DNA from: Planctomycetota bacterium
Lineage (GTDB): Bacteria; Planctomycetota; UBA8108
Direction: 5' to 3'
Assembly: GCA_016928605.1 (NCBI GenBank)
Contig: JAFGKN010000545.1
Location: 1-39,560, forward strand
DNA length: 39,560 bases
Shown here piece by piece: positions 7,450 through 17,401 of this stretch. Made by a program: the position numbers and the translations under genes. Every line of letters begins with the position of its first letter. Positions within the stretch are counted from its first letter, which is position 1. The notes under the pieces are model-generated. The model did no database searches and was not told where the DNA came from. It saw only the letters and a list, made by a program, of their open reading frames with translations.

Positions 7450-8823
7450 TCAAAGGCTCTTCTGCCGGGACGGGCCTCCTCCGCCCCGCATGAAGCCCTC
7501 GTACTGGCGCACCAAGAGCTGAGCCTCGATCTTCTCCACCAGATCCAGTGCAACGCCGACGATGATCAGGATGCCCGTTCCTCCCAGGAACTGCGTGACC
7601 ATCATCTGCATGCCGGGGATGGCGCGAGTGACCATGGTCGGAACGAGGGCGATGACGCAGAGAAACGCCGCTCCAGCAAGCGTGACGCGCTTGATGATCC
7701 GGTCGAGGTACTCGGCGGTGCGCTTGCCAGGCCGGATGCCGGGGATGAAGCTCCCGTACTCCTTCATGTTCCCGGCGATCTCCACCGGATTGAACATGAG
7801 GCTTGTCCAGAAGTAGGTGAAGAAGAAGATCAGCGCGATGTAGGCGAGAGTGTTCAGGAACTGTCCGTAAGAGAAGGCGGTCGCGAGATACTGAAGCACC
7901 CGGTGAAACCAGGTTCCTCCGGTGAACGCCAGCTGCTGCAGGATCAGCGTGGGAATCATGATCAACGAGGAAGCGAAGATGATCGGCAAGACTCCCGCTG
8001 CGTTCACCTTGATCGGCATGTAGTGCCGTTGTCCCCCATAGACCCGGCGGCCCTTCACCGCCCTCTGCTGCTGAATCGGAATCCGGCGCTGCCCCTTGGT
8101 GATGAAGACAACCGCCGCCACCACGGCGAAGAAGAGGCAAAGGATCATCAGGCTGTAGGTCACCTCGAAGGGACGCTCATCCGGACCAGCCAGCCAGATC
8201 TTCTGGATGAGGAAACCCAGGGCCCCCGGGACATCCGCGATGATGCCCGCCATGATGATCAGCGAGGTACCGTTTCCGATGCCCACCTCCGTGATCTTCT
8301 CTCCCAGCCACATGAGGAAGAGGCTGCCCACGGTCACGCAGGTCACCTGCAGAGTCCCCATGAGGAATCCGGCGCTCGGGCTCATCGAATGGCCGAGCTC
8401 GTCGGCGGTGCCGGCCCAGGTCACCACGAGAAAGGAGCCCTGCACGAGGCAGAGGAGGACGGTGGCATAGCGGGTGTACCGGTTGATGATGCGCCGGCCG
8501 TGCTCGCCTTCCTTCGAGAGCGCTTCGAGCCGCGGAAACACCTTCACCAGGAGGGAGAAGATGATCGACGCGGAGATGTACGGCATGATGCCGAGCGAGA
8601 AGAGAACCGGAGTGAAGGATCCTCCGGTCAGTCGGCTGGTGAACTGGAGCCAGTCGAACGCGCTCTTTCCGCGGGAGGCCATCGTGTCCCAGAACACCTT
8701 GACATCGATTCCCGGCAAATAGATCCAGAACCCGATCCGGAAGATCAGGAGCAGCGCAAGGGTCCACAAGATCCGGCGCCGCAGCTCCGGGATCTTGAGG
8801 ATGTCTCGTATGATCTTGAACAT
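7450..8823 (-). CDS. secY: preprotein translocase subunit SecY
   Basis: 457 aa with multiple hydrophobic spans. GIMPYISASII motif. Directly abuts the rplO stop. Confidence 0.96.
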   Translation of the reverse strand: MFKIIRDILKIPELRRRILWTLALLLIFRIGFWIYLPGIDVKVFWDTMASRGKSAFDWLQFTSRLTGGSFTPVLFSLGIMPYISASIIFSLLVKVFPRLEALSKEGEHGRRIINRYTRYATVLLCLVQGSFLVVTWAGTADELGHSMSPSAGFLMGTLQVTCVTVGSLFLMWLGEKITEVGIGNGTSLIIMAGIIADVPGALGFLIQKIWLAGPDERPFEVTYSLMILCLFFAVVAAVVFITKGQRRIPIQQQRAVKGRRVYGGQRHYMPIKVNAAGVLPIIFASSLIMIPTLILQQLAFTGGTWFHRVLQYLATAFSYGQFLNTLAYIALIFFFTYFWTSLMFNPVEIAGNMKEYGSFIPGIRPGKRTAEYLDRIIKRVTLAGAAFLCVIALVPTMVTRAIPGMQMMVTQFLGGTGILIIVGVALDLVEKIEAQLLVRQYEGFMRGGGGPSRQKSL

Positions 8824-9288
8824 TTATCTCTCGGCTGTTCTCGCCGGCAACTCCACGGCACCACCGGCTTGTTCCACTTTCTGGCGAGCCGAATCGCTGA
8901 TCTTGTCAGCGACCACGATCAGCCTCTTCGAGAGGTCCCCCCACCCGAGCACCTTGAGGCGGCCATGACGTGGCTTGAGCAGACCGCGGCGCTCGAGGAT
9001 CTCCAGATCCACGCGGTCCCCGGCTTCAAACTTATCGTCCAGCACCGCGAGGTTGATCACATCGTAACGGGTGCGAAACCGCGCGTTCGAGAAGCCCCGC
9101 TTGGGCACCCGGCGCACGAGCGGCATCTGACCGCCTTCGTAGTAGTTGCGCCTCTTCCACCCGGATCGGCTGTGGGCACCCTTGTGGCCGCGGCCGGACG
9201 TCTTCCCGATGCCGCTCCCCGTCCCTCGCCCGCGCCGCTTTGGCGGCTTGTTCTTACCGGCCTTCTGCAGGACCTCGCCGATGCTCAT
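8824..9288 (-). CDS. rplO: 50S ribosomal protein L15
   Basis: Trimmed to ATG 9288 (MSIGEVLQKAGKNKPPKRRGRGTGSGIGKTSGRGHKG), which overlaps the rpsE stop as ATGA. Confidence 0.95.
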   Translation of the reverse strand: MSIGEVLQKAGKNKPPKRRGRGTGSGIGKTSGRGHKGAHSRSGWKRRNYYEGGQMPLVRRVPKRGFSNARFRTRYDVINLAVLDDKFEAGDRVDLEILERRGLLKPRHGRLKVLGWGDLSKRLIVVADKISDSARQKVEQAGGAVELPARTAER

Positions 9289-9959
9289 CGCGCCACCTCC
9301 ACGCCTCGCAGCCGCCCTACGTCCTGCCGGTTCCTCAGCTGTAGAAGAGCGTTCAACGTGGCTTTCACCACGTTCAGGGGGTTGTTGCTCCCGTGGACCT
9401 TCGTCAGGATGTTCTTGATGCCGGCGCACTCCACGACGGCCCGCACGGCCGCTCCCGCGATAACGCCCGTTCCCTCCGAGGCCGGCAGAAGCGTGACGCG
9501 CGCAGAGCGGTACTCACCGACGACCTTGTGGGGGATGCTCAGATTCTCCACGGGCACCTGCGTGAAAGCTTTCCGGGCGTTCTTCATCGCCTTCTCCACG
9601 GCGGGCGGCACCTCGTTGGCCTTTCCGAAGCCGACGCCGACCGTGCCCTCCCGATCGCCGAGGACGACGAGAGCGCTGAAGCTGAACCTGCGCCCGCCCT
9701 TGACCACCGTAGCGCAGCGGTTGATCTTGACCACGCGCTCCTCGTACCGGCCTTCACCCTCCTCCGCCTGGGCGCGGCCGCGGCCGCCCCGGTCCCGGCC
9801 GCCCCGGTCCCGGCTCGGACGTCCCTCCCGGACCGGCCGCAGCCCCCGCGGGCCGACCGTCGCCGCGTTCTGCCGGATCGACTCTCGACTCTCCGGGCTA
9901 TCCGGCTGCTCTTGAGCCGTCTCGCTGCTCTCTGCGGAGGGTGTGGATTCTTCGACCAA
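9285..9959 (-). CDS. rpsE: 30S ribosomal protein S5 with ~70-aa acidic and Arg-Gly N-terminal extension
   Basis: Core RVVKINRCATVVKGGRRFSFSALVVLGD. TTG at 9959 has AAGGAG 6 nt upstream. The ORF-track start at 10250 would overlap rplR. Confidence 0.85.
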   Translation of the reverse strand: MVEESTPSAESSETAQEQPDSPESRESIRQNAATVGPRGLRPVREGRPSRDRGGRDRGGRGRAQAEEGEGRYEERVVKINRCATVVKGGRRFSFSALVVLGDREGTVGVGFGKANEVPPAVEKAMKNARKAFTQVPVENLSIPHKVVGEYRSARVTLLPASEGTGVIAGAAVRAVVECAGIKNILTKVHGSNNPLNVVKATLNALLQLRNRQDVGRLRGVEVAR

Positions 9960-10062
9960 TGGTAGCTCCTTTATCGGAAGAGGGGTCCACCGTCCCGCGC
10001 GGTCAAAACTTGCCGCGCGAGATGCGGATTCCCGGATCGACCTCGCCCTTCTCTCATGTCGC

Positions 10063-10443
10063 TCAAAACTCCAGCCCCGATGCGCGGGCAGCCTCGGCCA
10101 GGGCCTTGACCCGACCGTGGAACCGGTAGCCCTTGCGATCGAACTGGATCTTCTTGATGCCGATCGCCTGAGCGCGCTCCGCAATCGCCTTGCCGACCGC
10201 AGCGGCCGCCGCACAGTTTCCGGAGAAACCCTGGATCTGTGAGGAGACATCCTTGCTGCGGGTCGAGGCCGAGGCCAGAGTGACTCCGCGGAAGTCGTCG
10301 ACGATCTGACAGTAGATGTTCTTGTGGCTGCGGAAAACCGTCAGCCTCGGCCGCTCCGCGCTGCCGAACACCCGATTCCGGATGTGGCGCTTCCGGCGCA
10401 GCCGCCTCGTGCTCCTGAGAAGCAGATCCTTTCGAGAGATCAT
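10063..10443 (-). CDS. rplR: 50S ribosomal protein L18
   Basis: [37 protein letters not shown]. Confidence 0.96.
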   Translation of the reverse strand: MISRKDLLLRSTRRLRRKRHIRNRVFGSAERPRLTVFRSHKNIYCQIVDDFRGVTLASASTRSKDVSSQIQGFSGNCAAAAAVGKAIAERAQAIGIKKIQFDRKGYRFHGRVKALAEAARASGLEF

Positions 10444-10449
10444 GGTCGC

Positions 10450-11007
10450 TTATTCACCCGATCCGAACGTTTTCCCGGCCTTCCGGACGACCTGCTCGCC
10501 CTCGTATCGTATCCCCTTGCCCTTGTACGGCTCGGGCGGGCGAGATCTCCGGATCCTGGCAGCAAACTCTCCCACCTGCTGCTTGCTCGCTCCACGGATC
10601 AGCACCTTGGTCGGCGCGGGGGTCTCCACGACAAGACCCTCGGGGATATCGAACTCCACCGGGTGGGAAAATCCGATCTGGAGCACGAGACTCTTGCCCT
10701 GGAGCTTGGCGCTGTAGCCGACTCCGACGATCTCCAGCGATTTCTGGAAGCCCTCGCTCACTCCGCGGATCATGTTCGCCAGAAGCGCCCTCGCCGTGCC
10801 ATGGTAGGCCGCGGCAAACGGCGTGTCGCTCACCCGCTGGACGAGGACATCCTGTTCGCGCACCTCGAAGGCGACCTCGGGGCGGAAGTCGAAGGAGAGC
10901 TTCCCCTTCGCACCCTCCACGGAGACCCGTGTTCCGGCATCCTGCCGCGAGGGAGTCACCTTGACGCCTCCGGCGATGGGAACCGGCTTCTTTCCTATCC
11001 TCGACAC
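10450..11007 (-). CDS. rplF: 50S ribosomal protein L6
   Basis: (GTG)SRIGKKPVPIAGGVKV. Confidence 0.96.
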   Translation of the reverse strand: MSRIGKKPVPIAGGVKVTPSRQDAGTRVSVEGAKGKLSFDFRPEVAFEVREQDVLVQRVSDTPFAAAYHGTARALLANMIRGVSEGFQKSLEIVGVGYSAKLQGKSLVLQIGFSHPVEFDIPEGLVVETPAPTKVLIRGASKQQVGEFAARIRRSRPPEPYKGKGIRYEGEQVVRKAGKTFGSGE

Positions 11008-11096
11008 GGCTCGTTACCTCTCGTGGTTATCCCTTCCGTCCGCACTCTCCGCCGGCCGCTGCGCCGCCTGCGCGGGCGCTCCCGCGCCGGGTGATG

Positions 11097-11495
11097 TCAC
11101 CAGACCTCGCAGATGACCTCTCCACCGACTCCGAGACGCTTCGCCTCGAGGTTCGACATGACGCCGCGCGACGTCGACACGACCGCGACACCCAGGCCGC
11201 CGAGGACGTCCGGCAGGTCCTGGCTCTTCGAGAAGCACCTGCGGCCCGGCCGCGAGACGCGCTGGATGCGCTGGATCACCTTCTCGCCGTCGGGCCCGTA
11301 CTTCAGTTCGACGCGCAGCAGGCCCTTCGTGCCTTCCATCACCGGCTGGTAGTCGACGATGTAGCCCTGCTCCTTGAGGACCCTCAGGATGTCTTTCTTG
11401 ATGCTCGAGTACGGGGCGCTGACAGTCCGCACACCGTTCGAGTTCGCGTTGCGAATCCGGGTCAACAGGTCGGCAACCGGGTCGGTCATACTCAT
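11097..11495 (-). CDS. rpsH: 30S ribosomal protein S8
   Basis: Trimmed to ATG 11495: MSMTDPVADLLTRIRNA. Confidence 0.95.
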   Translation of the reverse strand: MSMTDPVADLLTRIRNANSNGVRTVSAPYSSIKKDILRVLKEQGYIVDYQPVMEGTKGLLRVELKYGPDGEKVIQRIQRVSRPGRRCFSKSQDLPDVLGGLGVAVVSTSRGVMSNLEAKRLGVGGEVICEVW

Positions 11496-11506
11496 GGAAA
11501 CTATCC

Positions 11507-11692
11507 CTACCAGCTGGCCTTCCGCACGCCAGGGATCTCGCCCTTGTTGGCCAAAGTGCGGAAACAAATCCTGCAGATTTGGAACTTGCGATAGTAGCCC
11601 CGACTCCTCCCGCAGAGCTGGCATCGCGTGTACCTGCGCGTGGAGAATTTCGGCTTCTGCTTTTGCTTGACTCGCCAGGACGTCTTCGCCAC
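11507..11692 (-). CDS. rpsN: 30S ribosomal protein S14, short zinc-binding type Z
   Basis: GTG 11692 with GAGGAGG 8 nt upstream. (M)[44 protein letters not shown]...ASW, 61 aa, with CxxC...CxxC. Confidence 0.92.
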   Translation of the reverse strand: MAKTSWRVKQKQKPKFSTRRYTRCQLCGRSRGYYRKFQICRICFRTLANKGEIPGVRKASW

Positions 11693-11763
11693 CGAGCCTA
11701 CCTCCTCAACGCGGCAACTCGCCGCATACAATTCCAGGCGGAATCAGCGGATCCGCCTCGATC

Positions 11764-12306
11764 TCAGACATTTCGGAATGGAAATCCAAACAGCTCGAGG
11801 AGCGCCTTCGACTCCTCGTCGCTCGATCGGTCGATCGTCATCGTCACGTTCAAACCCTGGATGAACTCCACGTCGTCGACGCTGATCTCGGGAAACACCA
11901 TCTGCTCCGTGAGTCCCATGGAGTAATTGCCAGAGCCGTCAAAGGCACGCGGCGACATCCCGCGAAAGTCGCGCACGCGCGGGATGGCGATCGAGATCAA
12001 CCTGTCGAGAAACTCGTACATGCGCGGGCCTCTCAAGGTGACCTTGGCGCCCACCGACATCCCGTCGCGCACCTTGAAGTTGGCAATCGACTTCCGCGCG
12101 CGAGTCACGACCGGCCGCTGACCGGTGATCGCCGCCAGGTCCTTGGTCGCGGTCTCGATGCGCCGGTTATTCTCGATGGCCTTTCCGATCCCCATGCTGA
12201 CGGTGATCTTGTCGAGCCTGGGCACCTGATGGACATTCTTGTATCCGAATCGCTCCTTCATCTGGGGAACGATCTCGGTCGTGTATTTTTCCAGTAGCCG
12301 CGACAT
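11764..12306 (-). CDS. rplE: 50S ribosomal protein L5
   Basis: MSRLLEKYTTEIVPQMKERFGYKNVHQVPRLDKITV. Confidence 0.97.
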   Translation of the reverse strand: MSRLLEKYTTEIVPQMKERFGYKNVHQVPRLDKITVSMGIGKAIENNRRIETATKDLAAITGQRPVVTRARKSIANFKVRDGMSVGAKVTLRGPRMYEFLDRLISIAIPRVRDFRGMSPRAFDGSGNYSMGLTEQMVFPEISVDDVEFIQGLNVTMTIDRSSDEESKALLELFGFPFRNV

Positions 12307-12343
12307 TTCGTTTCAACCAGCGTTAGGGTGCTCTATAGAATCC

Positions 12344-12649
12344 TCAGACCGGCTCTCCGCTCTTCTTGGCATACCGGATCTTCTTGCCGTTCTCGAAGCG
12401 AAAGCCGACTCGAGTGGGCTGGTTGGTCCGAGGATCGACGAGGAGAACATTCGACACGTCGATCGGTGCCTCGATCTCGATCCGACCGCCGCGGGGCTGC
12501 TTCTGACTCCGGCGGATGTGCTTCTTGACCAGGTTGACGCCCTGCACCCAGACCCTGGCCGCCTCGTGGTCCACGCGCAGCACGCGCCCCTGCTTTCCCT
12601 TGTTGTTCCCAGAGAGAACGACGACGAGATCGTTTCGCTTGAGATACAC
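12344..12649 (-). CDS. rplX: 50S ribosomal protein L24
   Basis: GTG start. KOW-like LKRNDLVVVLSGNNKGKQGRV. Confidence 0.95.
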   Translation of the reverse strand: MYLKRNDLVVVLSGNNKGKQGRVLRVDHEAARVWVQGVNLVKKHIRRSQKQPRGGRIEIEAPIDVSNVLLVDPRTNQPTRVGFRFENGKKIRYAKKSGEPV

Positions 12650-12651
12650 GG

Positions 12652-13020
12652 TCAGACGACCTCCGGCGCCAACGAGATGATCTTCATGAAGTTCTTCTGC
12701 CGGAGCTCCCGCGCCACGGCGCCGAAGATTCGGGTTCCCCGGGGATTGCCGTCGGCATCGACGATCACCAGCGCGTTGCTATCGAAGCGAACGTACGATC
12801 CGTCATCCCGGCGGACGGGCTGCTTCGTCCGGACGATCACGCCCTTGACGACCGTACCCGGCTTGATGTCGCTCGACGGCAGAGCCTTCTTCACGCTGCA
12901 GACGATGACATCGCCGAGATGAGCATAGGCTCGCCTGCTGCCTCCCAGCACGTGGATGCACTGAACGACCTTGGCGCCGGTGTTATCCGCGACATCGAGC
13001 TTCGTGCGCATCTGGATCAT
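12652..13020 (-). CDS. rplN: 50S ribosomal protein L14
   Basis: [17 protein letters not shown]. The ATG overlaps the rpsQ stop. Confidence 0.97.
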   Translation of the reverse strand: MIQMRTKLDVADNTGAKVVQCIHVLGGSRRAYAHLGDVIVCSVKKALPSSDIKPGTVVKGVIVRTKQPVRRDDGSYVRFDSNALVIVDADGNPRGTRIFGAVARELRQKNFMKIISLAPEVV

Positions 13021-13379
13021 GGCTCACCCCCTTGCGAGGCGGCCGTCTCGAGGGAGATCGCCTCCTCCACGGACTTCCCCCTCCGGACGATCTCGATCAG
13101 CCGCCATCGCTTGCGCTTGGAGAGGGGGCGCGTCTCGGAGATCCGGACCACGTCTCCTGCCCTCGCCTCGCCCTTCTCGTCGTGAACCATGTAGCTCGTA
13201 CGGCGACGGACGAACTTGTGGTACTGGCGATGCTTCTCGAGGCGCACGACGTCCACGATGATCGTCTTCTGCATCTTGTCGCTGCGGACCGTGCCGGTGA
13301 TCGTCTTCGCTCGCCTGGCAGGAGTGCTCTTGCCAGCGGGATCGCCGACCGTCGAGGTGCTCTCTGCGGAATCCGTCAT
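13017..13379 (-). CDS. rpsQ: 30S ribosomal protein S17 (extended at both ends)
   Basis: Core [22 protein letters not shown] overlaps with rpmC and rplN. Confidence 0.93.
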   Translation of the reverse strand: MTDSAESTSTVGDPAGKSTPARRAKTITGTVRSDKMQKTIIVDVVRLEKHRQYHKFVRRRTSYMVHDEKGEARAGDVVRISETRPLSKRKRWRLIEIVRRGKSVEEAISLETAASQGGEP

Positions 13380-13690
13380 GCTCGATCTCCAGGTTCACCT
13401 TCGACGCCGGCCCCCAGGCCACCGGCAGCGGCGGAACGACTCTCCTCGACAGGCGCCGGCCCGCCCCCCTGCCCGCGGGCGCCTCGGAGATCGCCTCCGG
13501 CCGTGCCCTGCTTTTCCCTGAGGACCGTCATCAGCCGCGCGACGTCCTTCTTGAGCCTTCGAAGAGCTCCCGCATTCTCCAGCGGCTCTCCCTTGGCCTG
13601 GAAGCGCATCTTCCAGATCTTCTCGCGGGACTTCTCGATCTCGGATTGGATTTCAACGGGAGGCATCTCCCGCATCTCGGATAGATTCAT
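13376..13690 (-). CDS. rpmC: 50S ribosomal protein L29 with ~43-aa Gly/Ala-rich C-terminal tail
   Basis: MNLSEMREMPPVEIQSEIEKSREKIWKMRFQ. The frame stays open to 13376. Confidence 0.9.
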   Translation of the reverse strand: MNLSEMREMPPVEIQSEIEKSREKIWKMRFQAKGEPLENAGALRRLKKDVARLMTVLREKQGTAGGDLRGARGQGGGPAPVEESRSAAAGGLGAGVEGEPGDRA

Positions 13691-13700
13691 GGCTTCTGTC

Positions 13701-14120
13701 TTACACCTTGTGCCGCCTGAGCAGAAAGCGGCAGCGGACCGGCATCTTGTGAGCCATCCTGTTCAGTACCTGCTTCGCGATCTCCTCCGGAACGCCGCCG
13801 ATCTCGTAGAGCACCTTCCCGGGCTTGACGACAGCCGCCCAGTACTCGGGCTCCCCCTTGCCCTTGCCCATACGAGTCTCCGCCGGCTGAGCCGAGACCG
13901 GCTTGTCGGGAAACATGCGGATGTAAACGCGGCCCTCGCCTCGGAGGAAGTGAGCCGCTGCCACGCGCCCCGCTTCGATCTGCTGAGCGCTGATCCAGCC
14001 CGGCTCGAGAGACTGCAGTCCGAACTCGCCGAGGACGACGTGGTTCCCCCTCGTCGCCATGCCCTTGGCTCGACCCCGCTGCTGCTTGCGGTGCTTAACC
14101 CTTTTTGGCATGAGCGCCAT
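13701..14120 (-). CDS. rplP: 50S ribosomal protein L16
   Basis: MALMPKRVKHRKQQRG. ATG 14120 has GAGGAGGAGGG upstream and overlaps the rpsC 3' end by 26 nt. The alternative ATG is at 14111. Confidence 0.95.
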   Translation of the reverse strand: MALMPKRVKHRKQQRGRAKGMATRGNHVVLGEFGLQSLEPGWISAQQIEAGRVAAAHFLRGEGRVYIRMFPDKPVSAQPAETRMGKGKGEPEYWAAVVKPGKVLYEIGGVPEEIAKQVLNRMAHKMPVRCRFLLRRHKV

Positions 14121-14763
14121 GACGCTGGCCCTCCTCCTCGCTGTAGCGGCCGTGATAGATCCAGCACTTCACCCCGATGCTGCCGTAGGTGGTGAAGGCC
14201 TCGGCGAAGCCGAACTCCACGTGCGCCTGAAGCGTCTGCAGTGGAATCGTCCCCTCGGCAAACGACTCGCGGCGAGCCATCTCCGCCCCCCCGAGCCGCC
14301 CGGCCACGGCGATCTTGACGCCGCGCGCCCCGCGGTCCATCGCCGATCGGATGGCCATCTTCATCACGCGCCGGAAGGCGGCCCGACGGACGAGCTGCTG
14401 CGCCACGGACTCCGCGGTGAGCTGCGCGTTCACCTCTGGATTGAGGACCTCCCGGATCTCCAGCTTGACCTCCTGAGCGCAGAGGCGCTCGAGGTCGGCC
14501 TTGAGGCCATCCACCTTGGCGCCTTTCTTCCCGATGATCAGTCCAGGCCGAGCTGTGTGAAGGATGATCCGGACGCGGTCCATGTCCCGCTCGATCTCTA
14601 TCTTCGGAATCCCCGCGAACTCGAACTCCTTCTTGATGAACCGGCGGATGTGCTGATCCTGGACCAGCAGCTTGCCGAAGTTCTGCTTGTCTGCGAACCA
14701 ACGGGAGCGCCAGTCTTCCGTGATGCCGATCCGAAAACCCGTCGGGTGTACTTTCTGACCCAT
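14095..14763 (-). CDS. rpsC: 30S ribosomal protein S3
   Basis: MGQKVHPTGFRIGI. Confidence 0.97.
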   Translation of the reverse strand: MGQKVHPTGFRIGITEDWRSRWFADKQNFGKLLVQDQHIRRFIKKEFEFAGIPKIEIERDMDRVRIILHTARPGLIIGKKGAKVDGLKADLERLCAQEVKLEIREVLNPEVNAQLTAESVAQQLVRRAAFRRVMKMAIRSAMDRGARGVKIAVAGRLGGAEMARRESFAEGTIPLQTLQAHVEFGFAEAFTTYGSIGVKCWIYHGRYSEEEGQRHGAHAKKG

Positions 14764-14772
14764 GACTCTACT

Positions 14773-15219
14773 TCAGTCCTTCTGGCCTTCTCCGCTGGAC
14801 TGCGCCGCCGCGGCGGAAGGTTTCACCGCCGCTCGTTTCTTCTGCGCCGCCGGCTCCGCTTTCAGCACCACCGTCAGGTGACAGGTGCGTTTGAGGCGCG
14901 GATATGCCCGCCCCATCGAGCGAGGCCGCCAACGCTTCATGGTGGGACCTTCGTCGACAAAGGCCCGGTAGACCACGAGGTCTCCCGCCTCGGTCCCCGT
15001 CTTCTGCATCGCGTTGGCGACGGCCGACTCGACGACCTTGCGGATCATCGGAGCCCCCCGCCTCGGCGAGAAGCGGAGCTTGGTCAGGGCGGCCTCGACC
15101 CGATCGCCGCGGATGAGATCCATCACGAGCCGCGCCTTGCGGGCCGAGATTCGGGCGTAGCGGTGACTGGCCGGATAGATCTGGGTGTCGCCGCCCGTGG
15201 CTAATCTGACGCGCGCCAT
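14773..15219 (-). CDS. rplV: 50S ribosomal protein L22
   Basis: SHRYARISARKARLVMDLIRG. Ala/Lys-rich C-terminal tail. Confidence 0.95.
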   Translation of the reverse strand: MARVRLATGGDTQIYPASHRYARISARKARLVMDLIRGDRVEAALTKLRFSPRRGAPMIRKVVESAVANAMQKTGTEAGDLVVYRAFVDEGPTMKRWRPRSMGRAYPRLKRTCHLTVVLKAEPAAQKKRAAVKPSAAAAQSSGEGQKD

Positions 15220-15220
15220 G

Positions 15221-15493
15221 TCACTTGACCTTCGCCTTCTTGCCTCCGTGACCTCGGAAATTCCGTGTCAAGGAGAACTCTCCCAGCTTGTGACCCACCA
15301 TGTTTTCCGTCACGAACACCTTCTTGAAGTCCTTCCCGTTGTGGACCAGGAAGGTCCGCGAAACGAACTCAGGGACGATCGTGCAGGCGCGAGACCAGGT
15401 CTTGATGGGCTCGTCCACTCCCTGTCCCTGCTGGACGACCTTCTTGTAGAGCTTGGGGTCCACGAAGGGCCCCTTTTTCAAGGACCTACCCAT
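15221..15493 (-). CDS. rpsS: 30S ribosomal protein S19
   Basis: [15 protein letters not shown]. Confidence 0.97.
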   Translation of the reverse strand: MGRSLKKGPFVDPKLYKKVVQQGQGVDEPIKTWSRACTIVPEFVSRTFLVHNGKDFKKVFVTENMVGHKLGEFSLTRNFRGHGGKKAKVK

Positions 15494-15538
15494 GACTTCG
15501 TTTCCGCATCCGGTGAATCAGTGACTTGACCTGTCGAA

Positions 15539-16369
15539 TCAACGTTTCTTCCGCTTGCGCAGGATATGCTTGTTCGAGTGCTTTCTCGGGTTGCGGGTCT
15601 TCCCGCCCTTGGAGAGGACGCCCGTCGGCCCGCACGGATGGCGTCCGCCGGCGCGCCGTCCCTCGCCTCCACCCATGGGGTGGGAGACGGGGTTCATCGC
15701 CGAACCTCTCACCGTGGGCCGGATTCCCATCCAGCGCTTCCGCCCCGCCTTGCCGATGGTGATGTTCTGGTGGTCCAGATTCCCCACCTGCCCGATCGTG
15801 GCCCGGCACTGGACGTGGATGCGGCGGATCTCGCCGGAAGGGAGCAGCACGACGGCGTAGCTGCCTTCCTTGGCGTGGATCACGGCTTGAGCGCCCGCCG
15901 CTCGGACGAGCTTGCCCCCCTGACCGGGGCGCAGCTCGATGTTGTGGATCGGGATGCCGGGCGGCACCTGCAGGAGCGTCATCGAGTTCCCCGGGATCGG
16001 TTCGGCGCGCTCGCCGGCCAGGATCTCCTGCCCGACGGAGACCTCCTTGGGCGCGATGATGTACCGCTTCTCTCCATCCGCATAATGGAGAAGGGCGATG
16101 TTGGCCGTCCGGTTCGGATCGTACTCGACGGCCACGACCTTCGCGGGAATCCCCAGCTTGTCGCGCCGCAGATCGACCTTCCTGTAGACCTTCTTGTGCC
16201 CCCCACCGCGGTGGCGCGTCGTGATGCGGCCCTGGTTGTTGCGCCCGGCCTTGTTCTTGATCTTCACGAGAAGCGACTTCTCGGCCCGGGGCCTGGTCAC
16301 CTCGGAGAAGTCCAGAACGCTGCCGAACCGTCGTCCGGCGCTGGTCGGCTTGAAAAGTCTGATACCCAT
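15539..16369 (-). CDS. rplB: 50S ribosomal protein L2
   Basis: [18 protein letters not shown] and [14 protein letters not shown]. Confidence 0.97.
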   Translation of the reverse strand: MGIRLFKPTSAGRRFGSVLDFSEVTRPRAEKSLLVKIKNKAGRNNQGRITTRHRGGGHKKVYRKVDLRRDKLGIPAKVVAVEYDPNRTANIALLHYADGEKRYIIAPKEVSVGQEILAGERAEPIPGNSMTLLQVPPGIPIHNIELRPGQGGKLVRAAGAQAVIHAKEGSYAVVLLPSGEIRRIHVQCRATIGQVGNLDHQNITIGKAGRKRWMGIRPTVRGSAMNPVSHPMGGGEGRRAGGRHPCGPTGVLSKGGKTRNPRKHSNKHILRKRKKR

Positions 16370-16382
16370 GGCTGTCTCGGTG

Positions 16383-16667
16383 TCAGTAGACGTCGATCTT
16401 GTCGCCCGTCCTGAGAGTGACGATCGCTTCCTTTCGGTCCTTCCCGTAGCCGTAATGCTTGCCGACCCGCTTCCACTTGCCTCGACGGGTGCGCATGTTG
16501 ACCTTCAGCACCTTGACGTCGAAGAGGTCTTCCACGGCGTCCTTGACGGTGATCTTGTTCGCATCCGGAGAGACCTCGAAAACGTAGCAGTTGAGGCTCT
16601 CGATGCCGTGAGTCGTCTTTTCCGTCAGCACGGGGCGGCGGAGAATTCCGTGCGAGTCCGTCTTCAT
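16383..16667 (-). CDS. rplW: 50S ribosomal protein L23
   Basis: Trimmed to ATG 16667 ([19 protein letters not shown]), which overlaps the rplD stop as ATGA. Confidence 0.93.
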   Translation of the reverse strand: MKTDSHGILRRPVLTEKTTHGIESLNCYVFEVSPDANKITVKDAVEDLFDVKVLKVNMRTRRGKWKRVGKHYGYGKDRKEAIVTLRTGDKIDVY

Positions 16668-17401
16668 CCCTCCTGGCCCTCCGATGCATCCTCGCTTCCC
16701 TGCGAAACCACCCCACCGGCGAGAGACCCAGCGCTCACTCGGTCGAATGCGTCGCGGGTCAGGATCAGCCGGTCGGCCATCAGGACATCCTCGGCGTTGA
16801 GGTCGGAGACGACCTTCGCTCGCACCTTGGGTATGTTTCGTGTCGAAAGGACGAGATTGCGATCGACCTGAGCGGTGCCGATCAAGCAGCGCCCCTCGAC
16901 GCCCAGCGCCTTCAGCACGCCGGCCACAGCGCGCGTGCGGGGAGCATCGAGATCGAGCCCCTCGAGCACGAGCACGCGCCCCTCCGCGAACTTCGAGCGC
17001 AGCGCGGAAGAAAGGGCGAGCCGCTTCTGCTTCTTGTTGATCGAGTAGGAGTAGTCCCGCGGATGAGGGCCGAAGATCGTCCCGCCGCCCCTCCAGACGG
17101 GGTTCTTCTTCGAGCCTGCGCGCGCGCGTCCCGTCCCCTTCTGACGCCACAGCTTCCGAGTGCTACCCGTCACGTCGCCTCGCGTCTTCGTGTCGTGAGT
17201 TCCGCGACGGCGGTTTGCAGCGTACATGACGACGGCATCCTTGAGGAGCTTGTAGCGCACGCGCCGGTCCAGGCTCTCCTCGGAGATCGAGAGATCGGAG
17301 AGGGTCTCCCCCGAAGGGCTCTTCCGGGGAACCGTGAATACGGCCGGCTCAGGGGCCGAGCCCTGATCCGCGTCTCCTTGCAGCTTGTCCTCGGGGTTCA
17401 T
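16664..17401 (-). CDS. rplD: 50S ribosomal protein L4
   Basis: Trimmed to ATG 17401, which overlaps the rplC stop as ATGA. WRQKGTGRARAGSKKNPVWRGGG. Confidence 0.94.
   Translation of the reverse strand: MNPEDKLQGDADQGSAPEPAVFTVPRKSPSGETLSDLSISEESLDRRVRYKLLKDAVVMYAANRRRGTHDTKTRGDVTGSTRKLWRQKGTGRARAGSKKNPVWRGGGTIFGPHPRDYSYSINKKQKRLALSSALRSKFAEGRVLVLEGLDLDAPRTRAVAGVLKALGVEGRCLIGTAQVDRNLVLSTRNIPKVRAKVVSDLNAEDVLMADRLILTRDAFDRVSAGSLAGGVVSQGSEDASEGQEG

Noticed and set aside
6519-7553. 5'-extended ORF-track versions of real genes: map 344 aa, rpsE 321 aa, fusA 766 aa, tuf 457 aa, cysS 528 aa, rplD 286 aa, rplW 255 aa, rpsJ 198 aa, rplO 201 aa and others.
   Set aside because: The track reports the longest ORF from any ATG/GTG/TTG. 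For example, 7553 is TTG and 30252 is GTG. The extensions overlap the upstream gene and are Arg/Gly/Pro-rich. Internal starts reproduce the canonical N-termini and give ATGA/GTGA coupling or SD sequences.
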